A stretch of 64,000 nucleotides of DNA from an uncultured delta proteobacterium (GTDB lineage Bacteria; Desulfobacterota; Deferrimicrobia; Deferrimicrobiales; Deferrimicrobiaceae), in the NCBI GenBank assembly GCA_963770975.1, contig CAVYRM010000001.1, positions 193,435-257,434 on the forward strand, read 5' to 3'. This document shows positions 63,064 to 64,000 of this stretch, piece after piece. The position numbers were made by a program, and so were the translations under genes. Position 1 is the first letter of the stretch. The number at the start of each line of letters is the position of its first letter. Under the pieces are notes generated by a model that saw nothing but the letters and a program-made list of their open reading frames with translations, ran no database searches and was not told the DNA's origin.

Positions 63064-64000
<937 letters not shown>

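Overview
High-GC (about 60-65% by eye) bacterial chromosomal window with tightly packed operons, many joined by 4-nt ATGA/GTGA start-stop overlaps. Gene content and order (thrS-infC-rpmI-rplT-pheST-ihfA-merR, surE-pcm, ferredoxin-dependent 2-oxoacid oxidoreductase, multihaem cytochrome) resemble an anaerobic Desulfobacterota/Geobacter-like organism; this is inference only.

Plus-strand block, 1-34.5 kb:
- recG (5' partial)
- Thr-biosynthesis operon: aminotransferase, hom, thrC, ApgM-like phosphomutase
- thioesterase and glpX
- four-subunit 2-oxoacid:ferredoxin oxidoreductase (delta-alpha-beta-gamma)
- frameshifted XRE-cupin regulator
- a roughly 14-kb acyl-CoA catabolic cluster: MerR, thiolase, hbd, crotonase, three acyl-CoA dehydrogenases, corrinoid adenosyltransferase, split B12 acyl-CoA mutase with isobutyryl-CoA-mutase-type substrate residues, MeaB, SCP-x thiolase plus DUF35, CoA-transferase A/B
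- miaB (frameshifted) and a BFN nuclease
- a two-gene signalling pair: GAF/degenerate GGDEF protein and a REC-PATAN protein with a degenerate GTPase-like tail
- a TPR protein and a GH57 glycosidase

Low-GC block, about 33.2-38.4 kb. It begins inside the GH57 gene and carries a minus-strand cluster: Cys-rich GGDEF sensor, SAM methyltransferase, orphan I9-propeptide-like lipoprotein flanked by 27-bp direct repeats, and a 59-aa RHH gene absent from the ORF track.

38.4-41.7 kb: translationally coupled operon of a HAMP-only membrane protein, an 11-CXXCH cytochrome and two TlpA-like redoxins.

42.3-45.0 kb: small degraded island between a degenerate tRNA 3'-half copy and tRNA-Arg(CCU).

Minus-strand housekeeping block, 45-64 kb: apt, pcm, surE, tRNA-Pro, cupin, merR, ihfA, pheT, pheS, rplT, rpmI, infC, thrS, tRNA-Val, DUF512, pgsA, hflX, dnaE, guaA (frameshifted), guaB (partial).

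No CRISPR array, IS element or intact integrase was seen. Five apparent single-nucleotide indels (four in G/C runs) disrupt otherwise conserved genes or a tRNA. This points to consensus errors rather than real pseudogenes. No single unambiguous novel system stands out. The best candidates are the low-GC sensor/methyltransferase/inhibitor/RHH cluster, the REC-PATAN-pseudoGTPase pair and the cytochrome/redoxin operon.
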